Positions 1 through 12,996 of a stretch of 64,000 bases of DNA are shown piece after piece. This stretch comes from Octopus sinensis (Eukaryota). The stretch lies in assembly GCF_006345805.1 (NCBI RefSeq), contig NC_043003.1:40114001-40178000 (forward strand), in the 5' to 3' direction. The translations under genes were made by a program, and so were the position numbers. How positions within the stretch are numbered: the first letter of the stretch is position 1; every line of letters begins with the position of its first letter. The notes beneath the pieces are model-generated. The model did not search any database. It saw nothing but the letters and a program-made list of their open reading frames with translations, and was not told the origin of the DNA.

Positions 1-473
1 TGCATTGCCTTCATCCAAGTGTCCTATAACTCCATTCACCTGAGAAATAAATACTTCTGTCTGTGAGAATAGAAACACTGAGGTGGGTTATGTTGTGTCA
101 TTTAGTATTATTTATATCCAGCTTGTCAATCACAGCTACAAACTGCTGGTTAGTTTAAATACTGACCTTCCATGTCATGTATATGCTTTAGTTGTCACTT
201 TCCTGTCACAGTAGAGAGAGGTTATTGACACCATCTAGAATATGGTATGCTTTTTGTTTTATGTTTATATTTTGTCAAAATGACAGCAATTGCTAAATAT
301 CCATTTCTGTATTTTTAAAAATTATTTTTGCATCTATGTATTACAGGATATCTTTTACTCTTCTGTTTTTGTGCTTTACTAGTGCCAAGTCAGAGAGAGG
401 TAGTTACAGATTATATCTAATAATCATTAACATTAGCAGAGTCACCTTCATTGTTTATATATAGCAGTTAAGA

Positions 474-1030
474 ATCATCATCTTTATTTAACATCATGCT
501 GGCATGGGTTGGATGGATAGGAGGTGGCAAGTCAAAAGACTGTACTAAAGTCCACCATCTGCTTTGGCATGGCTTCTGTGGCTGGATGCTCTTCCTAACA
601 CCAACCCCTTTACTGACTACTGGATGCTTTTTTACAAGGCACCAAGTAACTTGCAAGACAAGACCCCTCTCAACTGAAGTGGGGAATAGTGTTGAGGGAG
701 GTGGCTTTGTGTCAGATGGTGAGAAGAGTTTGAAAACAAGGAAAGAAATAGGTGTCTTGCAGTAGAGAAGACATGTGATTACCGCAGTTGGAGAGAGCAA
801 GAGAAAGTGCAAGGGAGAGAGAGAGACATATAAGATGTAGGGGAGGGCATACAAGCAAATTATGTGGGGGTGTACAGGGATTGGATAGTGTATGTTGACA
901 ACATAAGGGGGTATGTAATGACTGGGCACAGATTGAGGGAAGTGGATGTTCGAAAGTGGGATGCTGAAGAGTGGTTTGTCAACCAGATTGTGTGGGGTGG
1001 GGTGACACACATACACATAAAGCAACTGTC
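474..1030 (-). mobile_element. Decayed 3' UTR and tail fragment of RTE-type LINE family
   Basis: Reverse-complement similarity to the RTE 3' region at about 19600-20310 (catgctggcatgggttgga, ctggatgctcttcctaacaccaacc, ggtgtcttgcagtagag) with an (ATC)n tail; boundaries approximate. Confidence 0.6.
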
Positions 1031-2163
1031 CCAGCTTCAAAAATGGCGAAATGTTTCAGCCATGAAACCCTCGATAGCTTGTGGTTTTCATAATAATGTT
1101 AGCTTTACTCTCTTAGCTGATCAAGTGCTATTCTACTTGCTGAAGCCTTACCACATAATTTATATATGTCTACTATAATAATACTCTTGTGTTTTTCTCT
1201 ATCACAACATATGAATGAGAAAGGAAAATGAATAAGGAAGGAAGGGGTGATGGTAAACTGGTAGTGGAAGTGTTTCAACTCTGTGTGAGTATGTGTGTGT
1301 GTGCAATGGAAGTGGGATGGTGAGCATTCAACGTTGAAAATAAAAATCAAACAGTGTTTCAACTCTGTGAGTATATGTATGTATATGTACAAGGGAAGTA
1401 TGTGGATGTATGTGTGAACCAGCGTTCTTTCAGTAACAAATGATGATCGATGTCGCATCTCAAAAGACAACCACTAGGTAACTTTACCATCCATATTTAT
1501 ATATAAAAATACTACAATTAGCCATCCTTTTTGACAGCACAGGGCCAGCTAGTATATATATATATACATATATAATTCACGAGCAAGCATGGGTGTATAC
1601 TCTCAAATGTTTGCTTTGTGACCATAAATGTCTTGTAACTTTGGGTTAATCAAAGACCTGTGATTGAAATCTGGTTGATGAAAGTTGTGCAAAAGCTTGT
1701 CAAATGTGTAACAGATGACGGGATTGGTGCACCTGAACAAATATGCTTTCATGTATTTGATTCTGTATCAATTACATTTATATTCAAATTGATTCTCTCC
1801 TTTTCCTCTTATAAGTTTGTTAAAAATAAGTACTACTTGAATTATTGGGATTGATATAATTGTGGTCTTGTATTATTCCAAAATAGTTGAAGTTTTATGG
1901 CTATCCTGTAGAACACCCACCCATATAATTCACACAGATATATGTATATATTTATACTGGGTCTGTTTTTTTTTTTTCATGTTTTGATTCTGTTTTTTTT
2001 TTGTGTATATTCAGTGTTTTGTTTCGTGTTCTTTTTTTTTTAATGTTTATTTTTCATTTATAATTAATGAATTTTAATTTTAAAAAATAATAACTGGTGT
2101 ACCTTGTGCTGACAATTACTGTAGTTACATATTCTAAGTTGATAATTTAAAATTCTCTACCAG

Positions 2164-3704
2164 GGAAATGTTTACAGTCTGTCAGGCCCTCAGGCGGTGA
2201 ACCTGTTGTTGTCGTCGTCGTCTCCACCACAACCACCACCACAACCACCACCATCCTTTATCATCCCTGCAGCCCTGTTGGGGTAGCTTTCATCCTCAGC
2301 TTTGCTTCAACCGCAGCAATGAGTGGTAATTCTTCCTGCATCTTTTGCTACTTTGCTACTTGGGGAAGACCGTAAGAGTGTGGCAGACCAGATAACCAAA
2401 ATCTCTTTCATCTGGCATCGATATACTTTTTTTCTTTTCTCTTTTTCTCTTTTTCTTCTTTTTCTCTTTTTTTTTTTTTAAAAACTCGGTATCAACATGG
2501 CGGGCGTTCCATCAGCAGCAGCATCAACCACCCTCATCACAACAACAACAACATCAATAGCAACAACCACAACAACCACAACTACTACCACCACCACCAC
2601 CACCACTACCATCACCACCACCACCACCACTTCTGTTATGGATGTTTAGAAAGGTGTTCTACTTAGTGTTGGTCTTAGCGTAACATCACAGCCACCATCA
2701 TCACTACTACTACTGCTACTACTGCTGTTGTTATTTGCCCATTACAGCAGACATCTACTACTGCAACTACAGCTACAGAGCCAGCATCAGCATCAGCACC
2801 ACCCCTATTCATCTCCACATCAGTGTGGAATATTCCGATACATTCTTGAGTCATCATGCATCATTAAATCTAATAAACTTTGACATAGCGGTGTCAGTCG
2901 GCAAATGGCTTGCTTTTTGCTTGTGAGGCCCCTCCAAATCCCTTTTGGGGAGCCACAAGCAGCCAAATAGCTCAGTGGTGGTGGGGAGGAGGTAAGATGT
3001 CTACAACACTGCCACTGCTGTCATCATCACCACCACCACCGGCACCACCACCACCTCCACCATCAACAACAGCAGCAGCAGCAGCATCCTCAGCAACCAA
3101 CAACAAAGCCCCCTTTTCTAAATGCTTGTGCAGTGCTGAATGGGCTTAGTCATCATCATTATCAACAACAACAACGCCACCAGCAACAGCAGCCGGTTTT
3201 TAACATCAATGCATCCCTCTTCTTAAGTTGCACCCGTTGGTAGCGAGTATCATCCCAACATCTCTGTCGTCACCACTCTTCCGACCACAGTTCTTTCATC
3301 AGCCAGTGTTCAGGTTTCTTGTCAGGTCAGTCGTCCCCTATTCTCCTCATGTGTAGACAGTGTCTTCGTCGAAGATTGTGCCAAGACTCTATTTTCCATT
3401 CATGTGCACGTATGGTATGTATACATGCATACGTATACACACAAAACGCACGTACACTTGTGTCTTGTGTAGTGTGACTCTGGACTGCGTGCTGCGTTGC
3501 ATACGTAGCTGTTTCTGCAAACATCGGTTCTACAAGCTTCAACCGGCCAGCAGCATTGTCAATCTTCAAAGTGACTTCTTGTTCATCAGGCCCTTTTTTC
3601 GTAGTGGACAGAGCACCCTAGTCCCCACCTGCTATCTGTTGGTCTCTTCTACTACTAGGGTTACTTCATACATCAACAACTCCATTTTAAGGGGCAACTT
3701 TCAG
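2164..3704 (+). other. Candidate long non-coding or UTR-like exon of an unidentified plus-strand transcript
   Basis: Possible acceptor ttctctaccag| at 2163 and strong donor cag|GTAAGA at 3705. Unique sequence with no SINEs, locally CpG-retaining, dense CAC/CAG/CAA repeats and several short ORFs. Confidence 0.45.
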
Positions 3705-4006
3705 GTAAGATAAGATTTTGTTTATCTCTATAATACCATCAATCTACCTAATTGATCTCTCTATATATCTGTCTCTCTCTGGCTATCTATCATCTCTCTG
3801 TCTTTCAATCTCTCTCCATCCATCCATTTTAAGGTACCTTATTCTAAATTTTTTTTGTTTTAACTAACAAACCATAAAAATTTTAAAGCTGAATTTTAAT
3901 TTAATTATTATTTTAATTTTTTTTCCCCCCCTCTTTGCATCTTTTAATTCAAACTTCATTTTATTTCTGTAAATTTCTTTCTTCTATCTTCTCCTCTTGT
4001 ATTTAG

Positions 4007-4066
4007 GGTGGGATTGTTATTGCTGCTTTGGAACTTTTGTCTTTTGGTTTTTAGAAACAGATCCAA
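4007..4066 (+). other. Candidate next exon of the plus-strand transcript
   Basis: Long polypyrimidine tract ending tttag| at 4006 defines a 302-nt intron (3705-4006). Possible donor aa|GTAAAT at 4067; the 3' boundary is uncertain. Confidence 0.4.
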
Positions 4067-4768
4067 GTAAATAACAGTAATAATACAACTTTGGATTATC
4101 TGACTAGTTAACGGTCGCTTGGCTTCTGGCATTTACTTTTATTTTTTAAAACTTTTTTTAAGGCTTCCAAAAACGACTAGATCTCCTGGTCCCTCTTAGC
4201 TGTTTATTATCTGTTTCCAGTACTTGTACACGTTGCTTGCTTGATGCATGCAACTTTTGTGTGACATTCTGCCAAGCTGTGTGTATGTAGACATGTACGT
4301 TTATGCGATTATCTTTGTACTAGTCTTTGCAAACTTTCATGTCAGTTTCATATTGATAGAAGTTAGCATATATCCTTTTGTAAAACTAACGATACAATCT
4401 CTTTTTTATTGGTTTCAGCTAGTGACTGTGGCCATGCTGGGGCACTGCCGTTACATTTTGATACTCAGCATTTTTTCATTCCTCTTAATTCTAATAAATC
4501 TAGATATTGCAATTTCAAAAGAAGACCAAATAAAATGGTAAAATAAACACCAATATATTATTAGAGGTATGATTCACTTGACTTCTTACCTCTACAATTT
4601 TGTGGCCTTGTCCCTTAGAAATATACTTTTGTTAGATTATCTTTCATTTCATAACATAAGCTTGTTCTAATTTATTTTATTTTAGTCACATTTGGCTTGT
4701 ATGCATTAGGTTTTTGATATTTTGGCTGTTCTTAATAAATTGGTGTTTGAAGATATTGTAATATGGTT

Positions 4769-5452
4769 GGGAGTGGCTGTGTGTCAAGAAGCTTGCTTCC
4801 TAACTACATGGTCCCTGGTTCAGTCTCACTTGGCCAAGTGTCTTCTACTATAGCCTCAGGCCGACCAAAGCCTTGTGAGTGGATTTGGTAGTTGGAAACT
4901 GAAAGAAGCCCATTGCATATATATATAGAGAGAGCAATAAGAAAATGGAGGGGATCAATAAGTGGTATTCATCAATGTTTACACATTATATTATGTCAAT
5001 TTATTTATTTATTTACTAAAATGACAATTACAACAATATACATACATGTATAACATATGCTTTACATATATAATATAAAGATACCAGTAATTATTAAAAT
5101 CTATAACATACAGGAATAGAAATTGGGAAAATATCTTACAGCTCTTTCAGCCAAGAGGCAAAAATACCTCATTCTACCTTTATCACTCCAGTAGATTGAA
5201 GTAATTAGTAGATGAAATTGAGGTACTTGGGTGTTTCTGTAGGCTTCGTCGTATTTGTATGTCTGTGTTTGCCACCCAGCCATTGCTTGACAACTGATGT
5301 TGGTGTGTTTACACCCCTGTAACTTACCAATTCAGCAAAAGAGACTAATAGAATAAGTACTAGGCTTACAAAGAATGTCCTGGGATTGATTTGTTCGACT
5401 AAATGTGGTGCTCCAGCATGGCCAGAGTCAAATGACTGAAACAAGTAAAAAA
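4769..5452 (+). mobile_element. tRNA-derived SINE (family A), split by an insertion of about 320 bp
   Basis: A-box-like ggagtggctgtgtg, B-box-like ggttcagtc, body gccttgtgagtggatttggtag; 3' half resumes at about 5245 and ends gactgaaacaagtaaaa. Confidence 0.8.
5137..5250 (-). ncRNA. Degenerate, 5'-truncated Penelope-type minimal hammerhead ribozyme remnant
   Basis: Minus strand reads GACGA-AGCC-[long hairpin tacctca...tgaggta]-GGCT-GAAA-gAGCTG-TA, matching (CU)GANGA / stem II / GAAA / palindromic stem III / GUA. Confidence 0.4.
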
Positions 5453-5494
5453 GTATTCAATTTATTATTTTGTCCTTCTTAAATATCATGTTTC

Positions 5495-6250
5495 TACCTG
5501 TTAGCATTCAGATTATTCTCTCAAATGTATTACTTATTTATTCATATTGTTTTCAATTAATCATGCATTATCTTGTAACTTTTGAGATATTGATGATGTG
5601 ATTGTTTAATTTTAGAATGAAATTATAGGGTAGATCAACATCAGTGGGATTTGTAGATGTGATACCAGTGCCGGTGGCACGTAAGAGCACCATCCGAACG
5701 TGGCCGTAGCCAGCGCCGCCCTGACTGGCCTCCGTGCCGGTGGCACGTAAAAAGCACTATCCGATCGTGGCCGTTGCCAGCTTCGCCTGGTATCCGTACC
5801 GGTGGCACGTAAAAAGCACCGTCCGATCGTGGCCGTTTGCCAGCCTCGTCTGGCACGTAAAAAGCACCCACTACACTCACGGAGTGGTTGGCGTTAGGAA
5901 GGGCATCCAGCTGTAGAAACACTGCCAGATCAGACTGGGCCTGGTGCAGCCTTCTGGCTTCCCAGACCCCAGTTGAACCGTCCAACCCATGCTAGCATGG
6001 AAAGCAGACGTTAAACAATGATGATGGCCAATTTGGACATAAAACAGGTAAAATATTTTGGCAGGATATATTTTGTCCAGTCTGCTGAGTGGTTGGTGTT
6101 AGGAAGGGCATCCAGCTATAAAAAGCCTGCCAAAACAGATGCAGAAGTCTAGTCAGCTCCTGTTAAATTGTCCAACCCATGCCAGCATGGAAAGAGAACA
6201 TTGAATGGTGATGATTATGATGATGGCTGGTTTGACTGCTAAAAGGTTAA
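5495..6250. mobile_element. TTAA-type (piggyBac-like) MITE interrupted by two GAT-tailed retroposons
   Basis: Starts cctgttagcattcagatta and ends gctaaaaggttaa. The same body recurs at 23453-24190, 43871-44092 and 53475-53650. Confidence 0.6.
5659..6026 (+). mobile_element. GAT-tailed non-autonomous retroposon (family B) with internal ggtggcacgtaaaaagcacc tandem units
   Basis: Repeated 60-70 bp units, then ggagtggttggcgttaggaagggcatccagctgtag...cccatgctagcatggaaag...ttaaac(gat)n. Confidence 0.85.
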
Positions 6251-7338
6251 ACTATATTATTCTTGTTGTTCCTACTATGGTTAATCATTTGTCTAACCTA
6301 GACATTTGTCTGTCATTCCTAGAGATCCCACCACTATAGTATTACATCTATCTTTAGTAACTGCATAGCTGTAATCTTGTTTGTCATGTTGATACTTAAT
6401 ATTTGCTTCTTCCTTTTTCTCAATGCTTATGTCTTCAGATATTATTTACAAAGTCAGAGATTGTACATAATAATATTTCCTTCTTCATTACAAGAATTGC
6501 AGTTTCCTTGTAACATATGGCAGCATATTGAACGCTAGAATCACAAACAATTTTGAGGTTGTTAAACTTACTCCTAAGAAAATGTTGCTATTCATACCAT
6601 ATCTCTACTTTTCAAAATTTCTAAACAACATCCTATTTATCATTACTGAAGTTGTTTTTGATATCCTAGCTAAGTCAGTTTATTACATTCCCTTACCAAA
6701 TAGGTAACACTTTCACCTAACTTACTACACATTTTACACACTAGAGATTCCTTAGTTATATCCATATGGTATGTAATGCAGTTCTCTGTTCTTAAGTTTG
6801 ATTCTCTTAACCACCAAGCAAGTTTTAAACTAAACTATTAATCTCTCTAAACCTGACCATTTAGCATTCTCTTTCATTTCCAAATTCCCAAAATACTACC
6901 TCTACAATTTTCCAGAAACTATGCAACTTTCAGACTTAACTATTCCAGTTGTGGTTCCACATTATTTCTTATCTACAATGTTACACTATAATTCCGCCTC
7001 CTCTAAATATCTTCACAGTAAATCCACTCTGCTTCTTTTTAAGTACTGTTACTAGCTAGTTGTCAGTACTACTATGCACATAGCACAACATACCACTTTA
7101 GAACTTCTCTTTATGTAATCTAATAAATCTAGATTGTTCAAAAATAGTTTTCACATATTTAGATGGATATCCATGCTGTAGAAATTATTTGTTGCTTTGA
7201 AAAAAAAACAATTCAGTTTTATTCAGATCTTGATTCTTGAAGCATGGCTCATGAGTATTTCTTGAAAACCCCTTATTACTGCAAGGAACTGTTAACTCGA
7301 GTTTTTGGTGAAATGATAAAATATTTTGTATTTTTTAA

Positions 7339-7380
<42 letters not shown>

Positions 7381-8832
7381 TCTCTTTACTTTAATATGCT
7401 ATACCTTTTTTTTAATGGCTGTGTAGTTATGTACGCTGTACAACTATTTCAGGAGTTGATCCCATTGTGCAGCATTTTAAGTGTCTCTGTTGTAGCCTTT
7501 GGTTTAATGGTTTAAACTGGGTAGATGGGACATGTGTGGATTCCCTTCAGATATATAGGTGTGTTTGTTGGGGTTAGTGATGCTAAATAAGTGTGACAAA
7601 CAAAAATAGCTTCTGCTATTTAGTTACACCCAAATTACACCACTTTTCACGAAGGTCAACTTTCTATCATCCCTCATATGACTATGAGGGTGGATATCAA
7701 CCAAATTCTTAGTTGTGATGCTCCAACATGGCCACAGTTTAACAATTTAAACCCCAGTAAAAGAATGTTAATGATATAACAATCATTTTTAATAAGTCAA
7801 CTCTTGTTTTCTATCATAACTTAGCTCTTAGCATCTTCCAAATTTATATAATAATCCATTCATTTGTCACATTAATAGCTTCAATTCCAAACTATGGCTA
7901 TTTTTGGTCTTGACCACAGTTAACCTCACATAATGAAGTGTGCCATTGGTCTGTCTGGAATAATTTGTCAGTGTGCAGTTAGTCATTTGAAATGATTCCA
8001 AGTTGTTAAATGTGAATTTTTCATGGTCTGTGAGGAAAGGTTGGTAAGGGGCTGCTTAGTTTCCAGATTTGAAGAGTCCTTAAATTATGTTGATTTCTTT
8101 GAGATAGTGCATTCTCCATTTGAAATTAAACAAAGCAAGAAAGACCATTACAATGATGGCTGGAATATGCGTTGTGTGTGTGTGTGTATGCATACATATT
8201 TCTTCTCGTTTATTGACCCCATTGTCATCCATTTTGTTATTCTCTCAAAAATGGCACACACCTTCCCAAACCTCAATTCTTGGAAGAAGAGAAATGGTAA
8301 GTTGTAACCAACTGCCCTTGTAAACTTGCTGGGAATAGAACCTGAGTGGTTAATACAATCCAGTTCCTAGGCCATGGGTCTTGTTACTGACATTGCAATG
8401 TTACCCAACTTGGCAGTATGCTCAAAAACCTCTTTGCTTGTCTCGCATACACTGACATGATTACGCACATAGGCATATGCAAATTGATGCTGACAATAAC
8501 GATGACAACTCTTTGCATACATACACTCACATACGTTCACTCGTAACACGTGCATGGATTTCAGAGCATGTGTTGTCTTAGTTAACTAATAGAATGGGTG
8601 ATAAAGTTGGTATATGAAAAACAACGTAACCAGATATCTCTGTCAACAAGTTATGAATACCTCAGTGCCTTACACCAAAAATATCTCTTGCTATAACATA
8701 CAAACTTAGCTTTCATGCTGTTGCTTAATCTTGCAGAGAGTGGTGGAGGAGTAGACACTGGCTTATCTTTCTTTTACATTTTCTATGTACACATATGCAT
8801 ATAACACCAGGGGAGAATAAATAAATAAAAAA

Positions 8833-9100
<268 letters not shown>

Positions 9101-12100
9101 AATCATGACAAAACTGAAAAATGTTTATAAAACTGACTGTCTCCTGTCCTTACATAATTACATATTCTACATTCTTACATTTGAATGCTTTAATATTATA
9201 CATACTAACATATCCTGCACATATACACATTTACATGATTTATACATATACACCTGTATATGAGATATGTGTACGCATCTGTACAATATCTGCATGTTTA
9301 CAGTTTATGCATACATACTTTGTTCTCTAGTTATACAGCTATACAGTCTCTACATACACATCTATACAATGTCTACGTTTACAGTTATACACTCCTTGTC
9401 TTTATGAATTAGTATCTAATTTGAAACTTGGTTTAAAAAAACAAGCACTTGGAAAGTTCATTTCTGTTCCTCTTCCTCTGCCTTAATAACTCCCTCACTA
9501 CCTTCCTCTCTCTTAAGTAGTCTCCCATCTATTTTATTAGCTTTGTTAAAATTTGAAAGATAGAAGTGCTCAGAGGAGCTGCTTGCTGCCCATGTTTTAG
9601 ATGTGGAGTGAGTTAGATGGAGAATGCAAATATAAAATGGTGTTGGTATATAACTTTCTTGGGTTTCCTAAGCCTTCGTAGATGTCTGGTGGATGGGGAA
9701 GGTCCATCTTTTAATTGATCCTCAGAACTTATTATTTAACCATATCAAGCTATCTGGGGCCCTTTTTTACTTCCCGAGTGCACTTTAATTTGATGATTAT
9801 ATCATCGTAATAGCTTTTTCCAAAGTCTTAGTCTAAAATAGATTAAATCGCACTGAATAATTAAATGCAATTCTTGATTTCTATTTTAACACCAGTTTTC
9901 CATACTGGCATGGGTTGGACAATTTGACAAAAGTTGAACAGCTGCCTGAGCTCCATGTCTGTTTTGGTATGGTTTCTATAGCTGCATGCCCTTCCTAATG
10001 CCAACCACTTTACAGAGTATACTGGGTGCTTTTATGTAGCACTGGCATGGGTGCTTTTTATGTGGAACCAGCACCCACTTGCTAAATTTTCTTTTAGTGG
10101 TTAGGCTTGGCTCTTGATGAGCAACAGCATTTGTGGGCCTCTCGCTGAAAAAGTTAGCCCCTCTTGCACTAAACCCCATATTACGAACTGTGATAATCAT
10201 CTAATAACCCCTAGTTGATTCTTGTTGAGGTTTTTTAACACCAAGACAACCTTAATGTAACACACCTTGGTTGTTTATTTCTCACATTTACTGGTTTACT
10301 GTTATTAAGCATTTAGTTGATATATTCAGCATATTATGACTGATATAAATGAAGTGGCTGAGAGGGAAAAGATAGTGAATTACCAGCTCAAGGGCTGTGA
10401 GTTGAAATCTTCTTCATTCTACTTGCATACTGATACAGTTCAACCAGTTGCTGGTAAGGGACTAGGCAGAGATCATCTGTGATCTGTGAGAAACTTATTT
10501 CTGTAAACTAATGTTTTGATTAGCCAGGAGAATATTTCTCTCTCATTCACTAAAAAAAAAAAAAAAAAGAGCTCAAAGTGAGCTGACAATGAAGCATCTA
10601 TTTGTATATTTGATCTAATTGTCTAAGTCTTCTTTGAAGGTTTAAAACAGTAGGTGTGATTCAAAGTCCTGTACTACAAATAATAGCAAATTTTGCTGAG
10701 TCCTGAACAGCCTGCAACTGCAATTCAAATAGTTTTGTTAAAACCTTCTACAGTGCAAGTTTAGCTTCAATTTAGAAAGAAGTTCCAACTGAAAGACTTT
10801 GTTTGAACCACGTGTGTTTATTGAGTGAATTTCTTTGGATTCTTCTCTTTTGATTTTCAAGCATCATGGCAGATAATACCTTGAGCATTGAGTTAGTATT
10901 CAATGATACTATTTGTTTATGATTTAATTAGAGGAGGGAGAGCTTCAAGTTGAAGAAAATAATGTGATCTAACAGTGTCATCTGCACACACCAGTCATTT
11001 AAGTATTATTGGGCTTTATTGATTCTGAGCAATAGGGAAATGTTCATTAGAACATTTCATCAAAATTTAGTTCCTAGCTAGATTGGGCGATTTATGTTGA
11101 GAAAGTACCACAGGAATTTAAGAGTTAAAATGTAAATAAGTATTAGACACAATATCTGAAAAAGAAAAAAAAAAAAGGAGTTCTTGGTCAGAACATCTTT
11201 GTCGTCCCTGCTTGATCAGGAATGACTTAAACCTAAACATTTGCTAACATTCCACTCATGTAATCTTTAATAGAATGTCCGGTGTATTTAGAAGATCATT
11301 TAAAAAATCCCCTAAGTATTACAGTGCCATGACTGGATGTCAGCCTCATGATGAAAAACTTGTTGATAAAAACATTAAACAGTTCATATTGTAACCTTGT
11401 CTAAACTGTACTTTTTTGATTATTGTTCTGCCCCATGTCAGCCCTTATCCAGCAGTCCTATCAGTGGTGTCCCAACCTGAACAACTTTGACTTTCTCAAG
11501 CCTTATGTGTTTTAATTTTTTTTCTGAGGTGGAAGAACTTCTGAGATTGTTAGGAGGAAGTTATCCTCAAGCTGAAGTCCTGGTCTTCATATTATAAACA
11601 CTGCTGAGGGTATCCAAAGGCTAGGTGGTTGTGTTCAACCAGGCAACTGATTAGATTTACTATCTCAGAATAGGAAACGTCTTTGTGATAGGTTTTTACA
11701 CTGTTTCTTTCTGTCAAATTTCACTTATTAACCCTTGATTGATTTGAGGCTATGGTAGAAGACTCCAAGCAGTGGGGTGTCAAACCTGAAGCCATGCAGT
11801 TGTGAAGCAAACTTCTTAACTACACTGCCATGCATACACTTTTTAGGGCTACGTACATCTTGCAATGTGATCCTGATCTTTAAAACATTAGGGTGTAATT
11901 TTGAAGAAAAGTTGGCTGTTGTTTCTAGAAGGTTGAACATCGTTGGAGAGGTTGTCATATCAGCTCATTTATGATTTTTTTTTTTGTGGTTAACGTTGAC
12001 TAAGTGAAGTGTTATGTATCATCATTTTAATGAAATTTTAATTAAAGTAGTAACACTTTAATATTGACACAGTCATGAGTGGGCTAGTATTAAGAAGGTT

Positions 12101-12411
12101 AAGGATTAACCTTTTTTCTTTGTTTGGTCATTGCTGCATTTTGGCCAGTCCTTGGCATGACCATTAAGCGCAACAGGCTCTGATTGTCAATACAATATGT
12201 TGATAGTTGGTCTTTTGATCTAGACAATAGGAAAATGATTGACTGGTTGGAATGTTGTCTACTTTTGCTTCATATCTTATTACTGAGCCAAGACCTGTTA
12301 TATGTTGTCTTTGTGACAAATGGATAGCATACAAAAGAAGTGCATGCCACTGCTGTACCAAACCATATAACAGTGTGATAAATAGATAATACACAGAAAT
12401 ACAACCCACGC

Positions 12412-12804
12412 CAACCCCATTGCTTGCGAAGACATGTTGGGGCAAGCGAAATCGAAATCGAATTGAACCAGCCAGGATCCCTGGTCTGGTGGTACGTAAA
12501 AAGCACTATCCGACTCGTGGCCGATGCCAGCACCCCCTCGTTTGGCTTCCGTGCAGGTGGCACATAAAATACACCAATCCGACCGTGGCCGTTGCCAGCC
12601 TCGCCTGGCACCTGTGCAGGTGGCACGTGAAAAGCACCCACTACACTCACGGAGTGGTTGGCGTTAGGAAGGGCATCCAGCTGTAGAAACACTGCCAGAT
12701 AAGACTGGAGCCTGGTGCAGCCTTCTGGCTTTCCAGATCCCCGGTCGAACCGTCCAACCCATGCTAGCATGGAGAACGGACGTTAAACGATGATGATGAT
12801 GATG
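12412..12804 (+). mobile_element. Family B GAT-tailed retroposon, copy with the longest 5' extension
   Basis: Same body and tail as 5659-6026, plus 5' extension ttgcttgcgaagacatgttggggcaagcgaaatcgaaatcgaa; CpGs retained, suggesting a young copy. Confidence 0.85.
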
Positions 12805-12996
12805 TAAGGAGAGGTAGTCCTTTAGCATTGAAAAGTGATCTTGTTACCTTGTAGTATTCTTCAGTTTCCCATGCTGAAGAAAGGCAGGCTTTGCTAAGTT
12901 GGCTAAGATACATGAGATGAAATCTATATTTCACTGGTGCTTTTGTCACTTGGTACCCCACGACAATTACCATCATTGAAATTCAGCACATCTACC

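Noticed and set aside
5670-5870. Regularly spaced ggtggcacgtaaaaagcacc repeats resembling a CRISPR array
   Set aside because: The spacers are similar to each other, the unit is part of a dispersed retroposon, the context is eukaryotic and there are no cas genes.
5641-5985. Recurrent ORFs with [26 protein letters not shown] or [11 protein letters not shown] (also at 12270, 24689, 40623, 41372 and others)
   Set aside because: Chance translations of family B and RTE-tail repeats on both strands, not a protein family.
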